Shown piece by piece: positions 33,675 to 44,068 of a DNA stretch of 64,000 bases. Positions within the stretch are counted from its first letter, which is position 1. The number at the start of each line of letters is the position of its first letter. This DNA comes from Geopsychrobacteraceae bacterium (GTDB taxonomy: Bacteria > Desulfobacterota > Desulfuromonadia > Desulfuromonadales > Geopsychrobacteraceae), in contig OY759353.1 in the NCBI GenBank assembly GCA_963662315.1, positions 4,320,001 through 4,384,000 on the forward strand, written 5' to 3'. Under the pieces are notes generated by a model. The model was not told the origin of the DNA, made no database searches, and was given only the letters and a program-made list of their open reading frames with translations. The translations under genes were made by a program, and so were the position numbers.

Positions 33675-34595
33675 TTAGAGGATTTCAGGAGGGAAAGCGA
33701 CACAATCATCGATACGTTGAAGATCGCAGAGCAGCATAATCAGGCGGTCAATGCCTAAAGCTATTCCTGCAGCACTGTCGAGAAGAGCCAGTTCCCGTAA
33801 GAATGCTTCGGCCGTCGGGTAGGGAGTTTTTCCCCGGTCACGGCGGATGGCTTCTTCGCTACTGAAGCGCTGCCGCTGTTCCTGGGCATCGGTTAGTTCG
33901 GAAAAGCCGTTGGCTAGTTCCATGCCGCCAATATACAGTTCAAAGCGTTCGGCAAAGGCCGGATTTGACGTTTTGCGTCGGGCCAGAGATGCGTGTTGGA
34001 TGGGGTAATCAATGAGAAAAACCGGCTGATTGACCGGTAGCTGTGGCTCGATCTGAAGGGCAATTGCTGTATCGAATTCGTCGTTTGCCAGAGCCGTTTC
34101 AAGGGAAGTGGATGCATAGCGATCAAAAGCTTCTGCAACAGAGAGCCGCAACCAGGGGGACTGCAGGGATATGGGATGGCCCTGGTAATTGAGTGTTGCA
34201 TTGGGGCATATGGGGCATAGTGCATTAATCAGGTTTTCGCAATCGGTCATGAGGTCGTGGTAGTCGCGGTCGCGGCGGTACCATTCAAGCATGGTATATT
34301 CCGGCAGGTGACGGTTACTGCGTTCGCCGGCACGCCAGCAGCGGCAAAGCTGAAAAATATTATCGTATCCGGCCGCCAGCAGCCGTTTCATGCACAGTTC
34401 CGGGGAGGTCTGCAAAAACCAGTCTTCAGCCGCGATGGCATCAATGTATAATTCCGGAGCGTTGGCAGGCAGTCGATGGGGAGTTTCTACTTCGATGAAG
34501 TTTTGTGCCACGAAGAAAGCCCGGATCTGCTGAATGATCCGGGCCCGCTTGATGAGTGCATCCTGCTTTCGGGCAAGCTGCCAGTTGGGTTCCAA
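33675..34595 (-). CDS. epmA: EF-P beta-lysylation protein EpmA (GenX/PoxA)
   Basis: LQTSPELCMKRLLA, EYTMLEWY, ERFELY, ELANGF, ALGIDRL; adjacent to efp. Confidence 0.94.
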   Translation of the reverse strand: MEPNWQLARKQDALIKRARIIQQIRAFFVAQNFIEVETPHRLPANAPELYIDAIAAEDWFLQTSPELCMKRLLAAGYDNIFQLCRCWRAGERSNRHLPEYTMLEWYRRDRDYHDLMTDCENLINALCPICPNATLNYQGHPISLQSPWLRLSVAEAFDRYASTSLETALANDEFDTAIALQIEPQLPVNQPVFLIDYPIQHASLARRKTSNPAFAERFELYIGGMELANGFSELTDAQEQRQRFSSEEAIRRDRGKTPYPTAEAFLRELALLDSAAGIALGIDRLIMLLCDLQRIDDCVAFPPEIL

Positions 34596-34600
34596 CTTGG

Positions 34601-35164
34601 CTATTCCTTGACGCGCGTTGAGTATTCGCCGGTACGGGTGTCAATCTGGATCAGAATGCCCTCTTCAACGAAGGAGGGAACCTGTAGCGTGTATCCGGTC
34701 TCAACGGTGGCCGGCTTGTTGTTGCCGGCAGCGGTGTCGCCTTTGACCCATGGATCCGCCTGGGTGACGCGCAGTGTAACAAAGTTGGGAAGGCTGATAC
34801 CTATGCCACGTTCTCCATACATGAGAATACTGACTTCCATATTGTCAATCAGGAAATATTTATCGTCACCCAAGGTTTCTTCACTCAGGGTAATTTGCTC
34901 GAAGGATTTATTATCCATGAACACATAGCCGGTTTCGTCCTGATAGAGGTACTGCATGTCGCGCTCTTCAAGGCTGGCTGGCTCAAAGGTTTCACCACTG
35001 CGGTAGGTGCGGTCAAACAGAGACCCGGTGATCATGTTACGCAATTTGCATTTATACAGGGCCTGACCTTTACCGGGTTTGGTAAAGTCATACTGGACGA
35101 TCACATGAGGATCGCCATCAATCAGTAATTTGAGACCTTTTTTTAAGTCGGAACAGCTATACAT
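34601..35164 (-). CDS. efp: Elongation factor P
   Basis: KPGKGQA, KGDTA, IDTRTGEY. Confidence 0.97.
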   Translation of the reverse strand: MYSCSDLKKGLKLLIDGDPHVIVQYDFTKPGKGQALYKCKLRNMITGSLFDRTYRSGETFEPASLEERDMQYLYQDETGYVFMDNKSFEQITLSEETLGDDKYFLIDNMEVSILMYGERGIGISLPNFVTLRVTQADPWVKGDTAAGNNKPATVETGYTLQVPSFVEEGILIQIDTRTGEYSTRVKE

Positions 35165-35325
35165 ACAGTACTCCTTTTATCTGATTCTTCTTTATCTTCA
35201 GGAATTCGGCATTTAATCACAACTATGCGTTGTTGTCATGGGAAAACGTTTGGAAATACGCCCAAAATTGATTTTTTAACGGGCGCGAAAGCAACAGAGA
35301 AACGTCACCTGCACAAGACGAATCT

Positions 35326-36597
35326 TCAGTCCTGTTGGCGGCGTTGAAGGAACAGATAGCCGGCTTCGATGACTTCTGAGCTGATCAGTAACAGCATTGC
35401 TATGGTAATTCCCGACACCGCCGGCTGAAAGTAAACGGTGGGCCACCATAACACCAGGATGAAAGCACACTTGATGAGCGTGGATTTTCCCAGCAAAGCG
35501 GTTTTTTCGGTACTGGAAAACCAGCCTCGCAGGAGGTGTGATGCTCCGTAAAAGAACGGAAAGATCGCACAAAGGATCATGCCAAACCGCATATAGCGGG
35601 CCAGTTCAGGGTCAGCGCCGAGCAACCGGACAAGCACAATGTGCTCCGCCGGTCCGGCCGTAACCAGAAACAGAATGCTCAGCAGCGCGGCGAAAAATAT
35701 GCTGAAGCGTAATAGTCGGCGACTGTCCCTGGCGGTTTTGACCAGGGCGATGTGTGCCTGTTGAAGATTGCGCATCGGACCTGCGAGCAGGAAGACCAGG
35801 CCTCTTAAGACACCGAAAGCGGCCAGTGCCAAAGCACCGTCGCTGAGGCGTCCGATGATGGCGCTGATAAGCAGGGGGATGGCCTGTTGCAGGCAGGATG
35901 AGTAGGCCAGAGGCAAGCCATACTGAAATATTTGTCGCACGGACTTTTGTGGACCGGCCTGGGTGAAATAGGGATGAATGCGAAGCAGCAGGATACCGAT
36001 AACCAGGGTTTCAGTCGCGATGCAGCAGACCAGACCAAAGGCCCCAAGACGTGCGCCACTGAACCATGAGTGTTCGATGGCCAGGAAGAAAAACAGTGAG
36101 ACTGCGCGCACCCCGGTTGCCAGCGAGATTAAACCGGTACGTCGTAATTGTAGTAACAGGCCTTGGCAAAAAAAACGAAAGCCGCTGATAAACGGCAGGA
36201 TGACCAGAATCTGCATGGCACGACGTGCTTCTATGGCGACTTCGGGTGGCGTTCCGAGAAAAGAAAACACCAGATGTCCGACCGGCGTATAAGCGACCAG
36301 TCCCACCATGATAGCAACGTAGCAGGAGGTGGTCAGGATATAGATCATAGTGCCGATGGCAGAATGACGTCCGCGGGCCATGACCATGGTGATGGTATGA
36401 TTCTGATAGGTCGGCGACGACAGAAACAAATGAGTGATCAGGGCAACCGACATTCCGGCCAGCGCCGTTAGGTAATTGTCCAGCCGGGCAAGGGCGCTGT
36501 TGATGATGGTATGTGAAATGCTCATGAGCTGAACATTGAGCACTAGAGGGAAAAAGAACCAGGCGATTTCCCGATAAGTCAGTCTGTTTTCAGGCAC
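35326..36597 (-). CDS. MOP-superfamily (MATE/ANKH-like) multi-pass membrane transporter
   Basis: About 12 hydrophobic segments in two repeated halves; FFFPL...INSALAR...LAG pattern. Confidence 0.75.
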   Translation of the reverse strand: MPENRLTYREIAWFFFPLVLNVQLMSISHTIINSALARLDNYLTALAGMSVALITHLFLSSPTYQNHTITMVMARGRHSAIGTMIYILTTSCYVAIMVGLVAYTPVGHLVFSFLGTPPEVAIEARRAMQILVILPFISGFRFFCQGLLLQLRRTGLISLATGVRAVSLFFFLAIEHSWFSGARLGAFGLVCCIATETLVIGILLLRIHPYFTQAGPQKSVRQIFQYGLPLAYSSCLQQAIPLLISAIIGRLSDGALALAAFGVLRGLVFLLAGPMRNLQQAHIALVKTARDSRRLLRFSIFFAALLSILFLVTAGPAEHIVLVRLLGADPELARYMRFGMILCAIFPFFYGASHLLRGWFSSTEKTALLGKSTLIKCAFILVLWWPTVYFQPAVSGITIAMLLLISSEVIEAGYLFLQRRQQD

Positions 36598-37234
36598 GAT
36601 AAGGTCCCGGGAAAAGCTGGCTTAAGTCAGCGGCTGTCTTGGCCTCAAAGTCATAATTCAAGCCACCACTGTTGCCAAAGCCATAGTGGCAGAAACAGGT
36701 TGCTGTTCCGGCACCCTGACCGGCGTGCAGGTCAGTATGATGGTCGCCGATCATCACCGCTTGGCTGGGGGCAGCGCCGAGCGCAATAAGCGCTTGCCTG
36801 ACCGGAAACGGATCAGGCTTCTTCTGTGCAAAGGTATCGCCGCCAATAATAACGGCAAAAAGATGATGTATCTTTAACCCTTCCAGGATAGCGAGGGTCT
36901 GGCTGTGGGGTTTATTGGTAATAATGGCCATATTTTCGGCCGTGTGCTGTTGCAAAAGCGCTTCGATACCGAGATAGCAGCACGTATTATCCAGCAGGTG
37001 CTGGTCGTAAATACGTAGAAAACGTTCAACATGTTCGGGCCGAAACAGATGCTCACCCAGGGCACGGCGGACCAGTAAGGAAACACCATCGCCAACCATG
37101 GACGCTGCCTCGTCAATTGGCAGGGGAGGACAATTCAGGCTCGCGCGTAACAGATTCAGAGACAAGGCAAGGTCCGGGATAGAATCGATCAAGGTTCCGT
37201 CGAGGTCGAAAAGCAGGTATTGGGGAGCGTTCAT
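36590..37234 (-). CDS. gph: HAD-family phosphatase (phosphoglycolate phosphatase-like)
   Basis: FDLDGTLIDS, TNKP, KKPDP, MIGD. Confidence 0.85.
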   Translation of the reverse strand: MNAPQYLLFDLDGTLIDSIPDLALSLNLLRASLNCPPLPIDEAASMVGDGVSLLVRRALGEHLFRPEHVERFLRIYDQHLLDNTCCYLGIEALLQQHTAENMAIITNKPHSQTLAILEGLKIHHLFAVIIGGDTFAQKKPDPFPVRQALIALGAAPSQAVMIGDHHTDLHAGQGAGTATCFCHYGFGNSGGLNYDFEAKTAADLSQLFPGPYRA

Positions 37235-37235
37235 A

Positions 37236-37934
37236 TCAGTTCATTGACTTTCTGGCACCAAAAATAGCGGTACCGACCCGCACCAGGGTCGCACCTTCCT
37301 CGACCGCAATTTCAAAGTCTCCACTCATTCCCATGGACAGCTCCTGCATGGAGACTCCGTCAATATGCAACGCAGTGATCTGGTCCGATAGTTCACGCAG
37401 GCGCCTGAAATAGGGGCGGACACGTTCCGCATCGTCATCATGGGGAGGCAGGCACATCAGCCCTTTGATGTTCAAATGAGGCAGCTCGGCGATGGCACGA
37501 ACCAGAGGTTCCAGCTGTTCAGGTTGGCAGCCGGACTTACTCGCTTCATCGCCAATATTGACCTGAATCAGAATGTCGATGGAGTGGTCCAATTTGCTCC
37601 ACTGCTTGCTGATTTCCTGGGCCAGGGACAGGCGATCGACCGAATGGATCATGGCAACCTTGCCCCTGATGTATTTCACTTTGTTGCTTTGCAGGGCACC
37701 AATGAAATGCCAGGTGACCGGAGCGCTGACGATACCGACCTTTTGTGAAAATTCCTGAACATAGTTTTCGCCAAACAGCTGCTGACCGGCTGCATAGGCA
37801 GCGTCAACCAGTTCTGCCGGTTTGACTTTGGATACGGCAACCAGCCGGACGCTGTCAGCACTGCGTCCGCTTCTGGCACAGGCCGCATCGATGCGTCTAC
37901 GGATCTGGGTAATATTAGCAGTGATGTCGTTCAT
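37236..37934 (-). CDS. yggS: PLP homeostasis protein YggS
   Basis: VAVSK, FGENYVQE, WHFIGALQSNK, LSMGMSGD, VRVGTAIFG; start moved to MNDIT. Confidence 0.95.
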   Translation of the reverse strand: MNDITANITQIRRRIDAACARSGRSADSVRLVAVSKVKPAELVDAAYAAGQQLFGENYVQEFSQKVGIVSAPVTWHFIGALQSNKVKYIRGKVAMIHSVDRLSLAQEISKQWSKLDHSIDILIQVNIGDEASKSGCQPEQLEPLVRAIAELPHLNIKGLMCLPPHDDDAERVRPYFRRLRELSDQITALHIDGVSMQELSMGMSGDFEIAVEEGATLVRVGTAIFGARKSMN

Positions 37935-37948
37935 GAACGTACCTCGAG

Positions 37949-38539
37949 TTAAATTTTCAGAGGAACACCAAAATCTTTCAGGGCGAGAGTCAGACGGCAT
38001 AACGGCAGACCGACAACGTTGCTGTAGCTGCCTTCAATGCCGGCGACAAAGCAGACGCCAAGACCCTGGATGGCGTAGGCCCCGGCTTTGTCGGCAGGTT
38101 CTCCCGTAGCAATGTAGCGGGCGATTTCCTCGTCTGTCAAATCCCGAAAGCGCACCCGTGTCGCCACGGCTTCGACATGTTGGCGACCAGTCTGCCGGTC
38201 TATGATGGCAATGCCTGACAGAACCTGATGTTCACGTCCCGACAGTTGCTGAAGCATCTGGCGGGCATGGTCATTATCGCGTGGTTTGCCAAGAATAAGG
38301 TCGTTACATAAAACGATGGTGTCGCTGCCGATATACCAGCGACCCGTGACATCAGCTCGCATGGCTACTTCCTGAGCCTTGGCCAGGCTCAGGCGCTGGA
38401 CCAGCTGTTCAGGCGTCTCTTCGGGCAGAACATCTTCCGCAGCGTTACTCGGGACAACGGCAAATTCGAGGCCGATCTGTTCAAGAAGCTCGCGGCGGCG
38501 GGGCGATCCAGAAGCAAGAATAATACGATCTGTCGGCAT
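37949..38539 (-). CDS. maf: Maf nucleotide pyrophosphatase
   Basis: ILASGSPRR, DTIV, DKAGAYAIQG, NVVGLP; start at MPTDR. Confidence 0.95.
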   Translation of the reverse strand: MPTDRIILASGSPRRRELLEQIGLEFAVVPSNAAEDVLPEETPEQLVQRLSLAKAQEVAMRADVTGRWYIGSDTIVLCNDLILGKPRDNDHARQMLQQLSGREHQVLSGIAIIDRQTGRQHVEAVATRVRFRDLTDEEIARYIATGEPADKAGAYAIQGLGVCFVAGIEGSYSNVVGLPLCRLTLALKDFGVPLKI

Positions 38540-38543
38540 GTTG

Positions 38544-39872
38544 TTACCCCTTGAGCTCCTGCCGTTTTGCGGCAATTGGTCCCCACCATGCCGGTAACGC
38601 ATTAAGGGCGCGATCAGCCATGGCCAGGCGGCGGTCAGCGCGTTTCATTTTGCGTCCTTCCAGGGGCGGGAACAGGCCGTAATTAATATTCATCGGCTGG
38701 AAATTGTCGACTTCCGCTGAAGACAGGTGATTAAGCAATGAGCCGAATCCGGTTTCAGCCGGGGGGAACGGCACAGCTTCATCACGCAGCAGTGCTGCCG
38801 CAAAGATCCCGGCCAGAAAGCCGCAGGCCGCTGACTCGACATAACCTTCAACGCCACTGAGCTGTCCGGCAGCAAGGATGTGCGGAGCCTGCTTGAACTG
38901 CAGGGTGGGCAACAGACAGGCCGGGGCATTGATAAAGGTATTCCTGTGCATGCTGCCGAGTCGGGCAAATACGGCGTTTTCAAGGCCGGGAATCATGCGG
39001 AAAATGCGTTTTTGCTCCGGATAGGTCAGACGGGTCTGAAAACCGACGATGTTGAACAACGACGCATGGCGGTTGTCCTGACGCAGCTGGATAACGGCGT
39101 AAGGTGTTTTTCCGGTTTTGGGGTCGGGTAAGCCAACCGGCTTCATCGGTCCGAAGGCCAGGGTTTGCTCACCGCGGGACGCCATTTCTTCAATCGGCAT
39201 GCACCCTTCAAAGTGGATCAGTTTCTCAAACTCGCGCCCGGCGACCTTGTCCGCTTCAAGAAGTTCATGAACAAACTGCTGGTACTGTTCTTTATCGAGA
39301 GGGCAGTTGATGTAGTCGTCTCCCCCTTTGTCGTAGCGGGAGGCGCGCCAGGCTTTGCTGTAATCGATGCTCTCGGCTTCTATAATAGGGGCAATGGCAT
39401 CGTAAAAATACAGGTGCTCAGCGCCGGTCAGCTTGGCGAGCTCGGCAGACAGCTTATCCGAGGTCAGCGGACCACTGGCCAGAATTGTCAGACCTGCGGT
39501 TGGCAGTTGTGTCACTTCTTCTCTGACCAGTTCGATGTTGCTGGCGCCGTTTATCTTGTTGGTTATGTAGTCAGAAAACTCATCCCGATCGACAGCCAGG
39601 GCACCTCCGGCCGGGACTGCTGTGGCGTCGGCTGCTTCCAGGAATAGCGATCCACAGCGGCGCAGCTCCTCTTTCAGGCAGCCGACAGCGTTATTCATGC
39701 CACTGCCGCGCAGACTGTTGGAACAGACCAGTTCTGCGAGTTTTTCACTCTGGTGCGCAGGGGAAAACTGCAGCGGCTTCATCTCAAACAGTTTGACCTG
39801 AAAACCGTCCTGCGCCAATTGCCAGGCAGCTTCCGTGCCGGCCAGACCGGCACCGATTATGTTGATATCCAT
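38544..39872 (-). CDS. trmFO: Folate-dependent tRNA m5U54 methyltransferase
   Basis: [36 protein letters not shown]. Confidence 0.96.
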   Translation of the reverse strand: MDINIIGAGLAGTEAAWQLAQDGFQVKLFEMKPLQFSPAHQSEKLAELVCSNSLRGSGMNNAVGCLKEELRRCGSLFLEAADATAVPAGGALAVDRDEFSDYITNKINGASNIELVREEVTQLPTAGLTILASGPLTSDKLSAELAKLTGAEHLYFYDAIAPIIEAESIDYSKAWRASRYDKGGDDYINCPLDKEQYQQFVHELLEADKVAGREFEKLIHFEGCMPIEEMASRGEQTLAFGPMKPVGLPDPKTGKTPYAVIQLRQDNRHASLFNIVGFQTRLTYPEQKRIFRMIPGLENAVFARLGSMHRNTFINAPACLLPTLQFKQAPHILAAGQLSGVEGYVESAACGFLAGIFAAALLRDEAVPFPPAETGFGSLLNHLSSAEVDNFQPMNINYGLFPPLEGRKMKRADRRLAMADRALNALPAWWGPIAAKRQELKG

Positions 39873-39953
39873 AGTTTTTCTTCCTTAAAAAAGCAAACCG
39901 GCCGAAATGAAAGATTCCGGCCGGCGCTATTATATTTCATCTTGCAGGAGCGA

Positions 39954-42287
39954 TCAGGATTTTTTTGTTGTTTTCTTTGTCGCGCTGGCATTTTTTGGGG
40001 CCGGCGTTTTTTTCTCGGGAGCAATTAAAACGTTCTCCCAGTCACAACTCTCCTGCGGACAACGTTGCACCGTACCCCAGCGCTTGGTGGTTTTGATTTC
40101 AGTGACCGGCCAGCCACATTTGGGACACGGTTCCGCTTTGGGTGGATTCCACAGGGCATACTTGCACTGTGGGTACCTGTTGCAGGAATAGAAAATTTTA
40201 CCGTAGCGACTTTTTTTCTCCTGCATTTCCCCTTCCCCACATTGCGGGCAGGTTATGTTGAGGGATTTGGGTTTTTCCAGCGGCTGAATGTTTTTACATT
40301 TGGGGTAACCACTGCAGGCCAGGAACTTGCCATAACGGCCGTTTTTAATCAGCATCTGCGAGCCGCATTTGTCACACTTCTCTTCAGAAAAAACAGGTTC
40401 TTCCGTTTCTTTGTCTTCACCTTTGAGAGGTTCGGTGTGGCGACAGTCGGGGAACCCTGAGCAGGCGAGGAAACGTCCTGAGCGGCCGAGTTTTATAACC
40501 AGTTCTTTACCACACTCCGGACATTCCTTGTCCGTTTTTTCGGTGGTAACATCAGCCTTGCTGACTTCCTGGTCTTTACGCCGCAGCAGGGCGATAAAGG
40601 GGTCCCAGAATTGTTTGATCGCCGGGGTCCATGATTGTTCCCCACGCGAAATAGCGTCGAGCTCCTCTTCCAGTTCGGCAGTGAAATCATAATCAACGTA
40701 CTGGCTGAAGTGTTCGGTCAGCAACTTGGTAACCACCCGGCCGGTGTCTTCAGGGAAGAAGGTTCGCTTGTCAAGGCGTACATATTTCCGGGTGACCAGT
40801 GTCGCCATGATGCTGGCGTAGGTTGAAGGGCGGCCAATACCATATTCTTCCAGGGTTTTAACCAGACTGGCTTCGGTAAAGCGTGGCGGTGGCTGAGTAA
40901 AGTGTTGCTCCGGAGTCAGTTTCTGCTTTGTTAAATGTTCGCCAACTTGCAGTGCCGGAAGCAGCCCTTCTTTGTTCTCATCATCATCAGAATCAGTGCC
41001 TTCGATGTAGAGAGCCATAAAACCGGGAAAGCGCAGGATTTGGCCAGTCGCCCTGAAGCTGTAGCGTTCACCGGCGCTAATATCGACACTAGTGGCATCA
41101 AAAATAGCCTGGGCCATCTGGGAGGCAACGGTACGCTTCCAGATCAGCTCGTAAAGGCGATACTGGTCGGAGCTCAAGAAGGCCTTAAGCTGCTTGGGCA
41201 GGCGCGCCACCGAGGTTGGACGGATCGCTTCGTGAGCTTCCTGGGCATTCTTGCTTTTGTTGCGAAAGACACGTGGTTTCGCCAGGGCATAGCTGGTATC
41301 GTAGAGGCTACAGATAACCTCACGCGCTTCACTCGTGGCCTGATCCGACAAGGCGACGGAATCGGTACGCATGTAGGTGATCAGACCGTGGGTGCCATCA
41401 CCAACCTCAATGCCTTCATAAAGCTTCTGGGCAATATTCATGGTTTTGCGCGCAGAAAAACCAAGTTTACGGCTGGCTTCCTGCTGCAGGGTGCTGGTGG
41501 TGAACGGCGGCGCCGGATTTCTTTTACGTTCCTTTTGCTCCAGGTTGCTGACGTTGTAGTTCTGCTGTTCCAGTTCGCTGACGATCTGGCGCGCCTGCTC
41601 TTCGGTGGTAATGGCAAACTTGCCCAGGCTTTTTTCGTCACAACTATGCAATTTAGCAGTAAAACAACTCTCTTCGGCATTGCTCAGCAATGCTTCCAGT
41701 GTCCAGTATTCGCGCGGTTCAAAGGCTTCGATTTCATCTTCGCGTTCGCAGATCAGGCGCAGTGCTACGGATTGAACCCGTCCGGCGGATAGGCCGTAGC
41801 GGATTTTTTTCCACAGAAAGGGGGAGAGGTTAAAGCCAACCAGATAGTCTAAAATTGAACGGGCTTGTTGTGCGTCTACCAGATCACGGGCGATGTGACG
41901 GGGATTCTTCATCGCATCGGTGATGGCCGACTTGGTGATTTCGTGAAAGGTGACCCGCTTGACGACCGGCTTGGTTGAATTTTCATCAATACCCAAAGCC
42001 TCCAGCAGGTGCCAGGCGATCGCTTCCCCTTCGCGGTCAAGGTCGGTTGCGAGAATAAGTTCGTCGCTTTTGGCCGCTTCTTTCTTCAGGACAGAAATCT
42101 GCTTGGTACTGTCCGGCAGAACCTGATATTTCGGTTTGAAATTATCGCTGACATCGACAGATCCCTGTTTGCTTGGCAGGGCTCGAACATGACCATAGGA
42201 GGCTAGAACTTTGTAGCCTTTGCCAAGAAACTTCTCTATGGTTTTTGCTTTTGCCGGCGACTCAACGATAACCAGTGATTGTCCCAT
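39954..42287 (-). CDS. topA: DNA topoisomerase I with C-terminal zinc ribbons
   Basis: IVESPAK, DREGEAI, SAGRVQS, ITYMRTDS, GIGRPST. Confidence 0.98.
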   Translation of the reverse strand: MGQSLVIVESPAKAKTIEKFLGKGYKVLASYGHVRALPSKQGSVDVSDNFKPKYQVLPDSTKQISVLKKEAAKSDELILATDLDREGEAIAWHLLEALGIDENSTKPVVKRVTFHEITKSAITDAMKNPRHIARDLVDAQQARSILDYLVGFNLSPFLWKKIRYGLSAGRVQSVALRLICEREDEIEAFEPREYWTLEALLSNAEESCFTAKLHSCDEKSLGKFAITTEEQARQIVSELEQQNYNVSNLEQKERKRNPAPPFTTSTLQQEASRKLGFSARKTMNIAQKLYEGIEVGDGTHGLITYMRTDSVALSDQATSEAREVICSLYDTSYALAKPRVFRNKSKNAQEAHEAIRPTSVARLPKQLKAFLSSDQYRLYELIWKRTVASQMAQAIFDATSVDISAGERYSFRATGQILRFPGFMALYIEGTDSDDDENKEGLLPALQVGEHLTKQKLTPEQHFTQPPPRFTEASLVKTLEEYGIGRPSTYASIMATLVTRKYVRLDKRTFFPEDTGRVVTKLLTEHFSQYVDYDFTAELEEELDAISRGEQSWTPAIKQFWDPFIALLRRKDQEVSKADVTTEKTDKECPECGKELVIKLGRSGRFLACSGFPDCRHTEPLKGEDKETEEPVFSEEKCDKCGSQMLIKNGRYGKFLACSGYPKCKNIQPLEKPKSLNITCPQCGEGEMQEKKSRYGKIFYSCNRYPQCKYALWNPPKAEPCPKCGWPVTEIKTTKRWGTVQRCPQESCDWENVLIAPEKKTPAPKNASATKKTTKKS

Positions 42288-42371
42288 CTTCTCCTCAATA
42301 GTAGCGCCCAGGGTTGCTCCCCTCCGAGCCAAAAATAAAAAAGGTTGCGTTTGAAGCGCAACCAGTGCTTT

Positions 42372-42848
42372 TTAATGATATATGCGTGTCCAGTCATTTT
42401 CAAGGAAACAATCAATTTCCCTGAGCCAGAGACTACTGGAACGTGACAGCATGGTCAGAATGGCAATCAGTTTGATTTCCGGTTCTGTGATCGGGTCTTC
42501 TGCCCCACGCGTGGCGCGCTCAATAATTTCCTCCTGGCAGTCATCGTTCAGCAGGCCCATGGTTCTCAGCCTGATCAGAAATCCGCGTGCCTCCAGGGTC
42601 AGCATCTGTTGTTCCGGTTCACTGAAGAGGCGGTAGGTTACGTTGTTGTGCAACGGATTTGGGGCCTTTTCATCGGTCGGACGCAGGGCAATCGTCTCCA
42701 TCCAGGAAAATGCGTCGTTGATTTCTTCAGCTTCGTAGCCAACAGAAATCAGCTCTGCAATGAGTTCCTGCTCGTTGATGGGGTTGTCTTCTGCACCCAA
42801 TACATATTGCGCGATCAGATTGACGATCGCCAGCACACGCTCCCGCAA
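42372..42848 (-). CDS. smg: Smg/DUF494 family protein
   Basis: EINDAFSW motif; dprA-smg-topA order. Confidence 0.8.
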   Translation of the reverse strand: MRERVLAIVNLIAQYVLGAEDNPINEQELIAELISVGYEAEEINDAFSWMETIALRPTDEKAPNPLHNNVTYRLFSEPEQQMLTLEARGFLIRLRTMGLLNDDCQEEIIERATRGAEDPITEPEIKLIAILTMLSRSSSLWLREIDCFLENDWTRIYH

Positions 42849-42891
42849 AACTCCTCCAAATATGAATGTCGGCTGATCAAGAAGGAATGTG

Positions 42892-43980
42892 TTACAACCG
42901 ATTGCGTATATAGTGATGACCGGGAAGGGCCTGAACTCGACCTTGGAGCTCTAGGTCGAGTAAAATAACGGAAAGCTCCATGGGAGTCAAGCCGCATTTC
43001 CGCGCTATTTCATCACTATGCAAGGGATTGAGCCCCAGGGTCTCAAAAACAGATCGGGCCGGTTCGCCAAGGGTCATAGTAAAATCTTCCTCAATTTTCC
43101 GTTGTTCAGATGAACTGCGTGACGGCCACAGCATCTGCAGGATATCCGTTGTTTCTGTCACCAGCTGTGCGCCTTCTTTCAGCAGGCGGTTGGTCCCCTT
43201 GCTATTCGGATTGTTCAGTGCCCCGGGGATGGCAAACAGGTCTTTTCCCTGCTCAATGGCAAAATCTCCGGTAATCAACGATCCGCTTTTTTCACTGGCC
43301 TCGACAACCAGTACGCCTCTACTGATACCGCTGATAATGCGATTTCGGCCGGGAAAATAGCCAGGCTGGGGGGGCGTTCCGGGAGGATACTCGCTGATAA
43401 TAGTGTTGTTGCGCAAAATGGTGCTGAAGAGCTGGCGGTTTTCTGCCGGGTAAGGAATATCAACCCCGCAGCCGAGCACGGCAACAGTTCTTCCTTTAAC
43501 CGCCAAGGCTCCATGATGTGCTGCGCTGTCTATGCCCCGGGCCAGGCCGCTGACGATGCAGATATCATGGCGAGCCAGATCACTGGCGATTTCCTTGGTA
43601 TAAACCATGCCGGGGGCGGAAGCTTTGCGGGAGCCGACAATGGCAAAACATTCTTCCGGAACTGGTTGTCCACGTTGATAGAGCAGGGCAGGTGGATCAT
43701 AGATGTTGCGCAATAACGCCGGATAGTCGTGATCCGAGAAAGCAACAACGCTGATGTTGAAGGTTTGTATTTTGTCAAGAACCCGAACCAGTCCTGCGTG
43801 ACTGTCGGCCGGAACTTTTTCACAAAGGCCAGGGTTTAACCCAGCTTCTCGCCACTGCTTTGGTGTAGCGTGGAGTGCCGCAGAAAAATCTCCGAAGTAA
43901 TCATGAAGTTTAAAAAGACCTATGCGTCCGATACCTTTAGTCAGATGGAGCTTGAGTAGTGCAAGATGATGCTGATCCAT
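42892..43980 (-). CDS. dprA: DNA-processing protein DprA
   Basis: AIVGSR, VSGLARGID, FPGRNRIISG, SGSLIT. Confidence 0.96.
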   Translation of the reverse strand: MDQHHLALLKLHLTKGIGRIGLFKLHDYFGDFSAALHATPKQWREAGLNPGLCEKVPADSHAGLVRVLDKIQTFNISVVAFSDHDYPALLRNIYDPPALLYQRGQPVPEECFAIVGSRKASAPGMVYTKEIASDLARHDICIVSGLARGIDSAAHHGALAVKGRTVAVLGCGVDIPYPAENRQLFSTILRNNTIISEYPPGTPPQPGYFPGRNRIISGISRGVLVVEASEKSGSLITGDFAIEQGKDLFAIPGALNNPNSKGTNRLLKEGAQLVTETTDILQMLWPSRSSSEQRKIEEDFTMTLGEPARSVFETLGLNPLHSDEIARKCGLTPMELSVILLDLELQGRVQALPGHHYIRNRL

Positions 43981-44004
43981 TCCCCCTCCGAATGGTTGCC
44001 GCCA

Positions 44005-44044
44005 AATAAGAAAAAGGATTGAACGCTCAATCCTTTTTCTTATT
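44005..44044. terminator. Perfect 18 bp hairpin between the LysM gene and dprA
   Basis: AATAAGAAAAAGGATTGA acgc TCAATCCTTTTTCTTATT. Confidence 0.7.
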
Positions 44045-44068
44045 GTCTAAGCAATGATGTGGTGTTGG

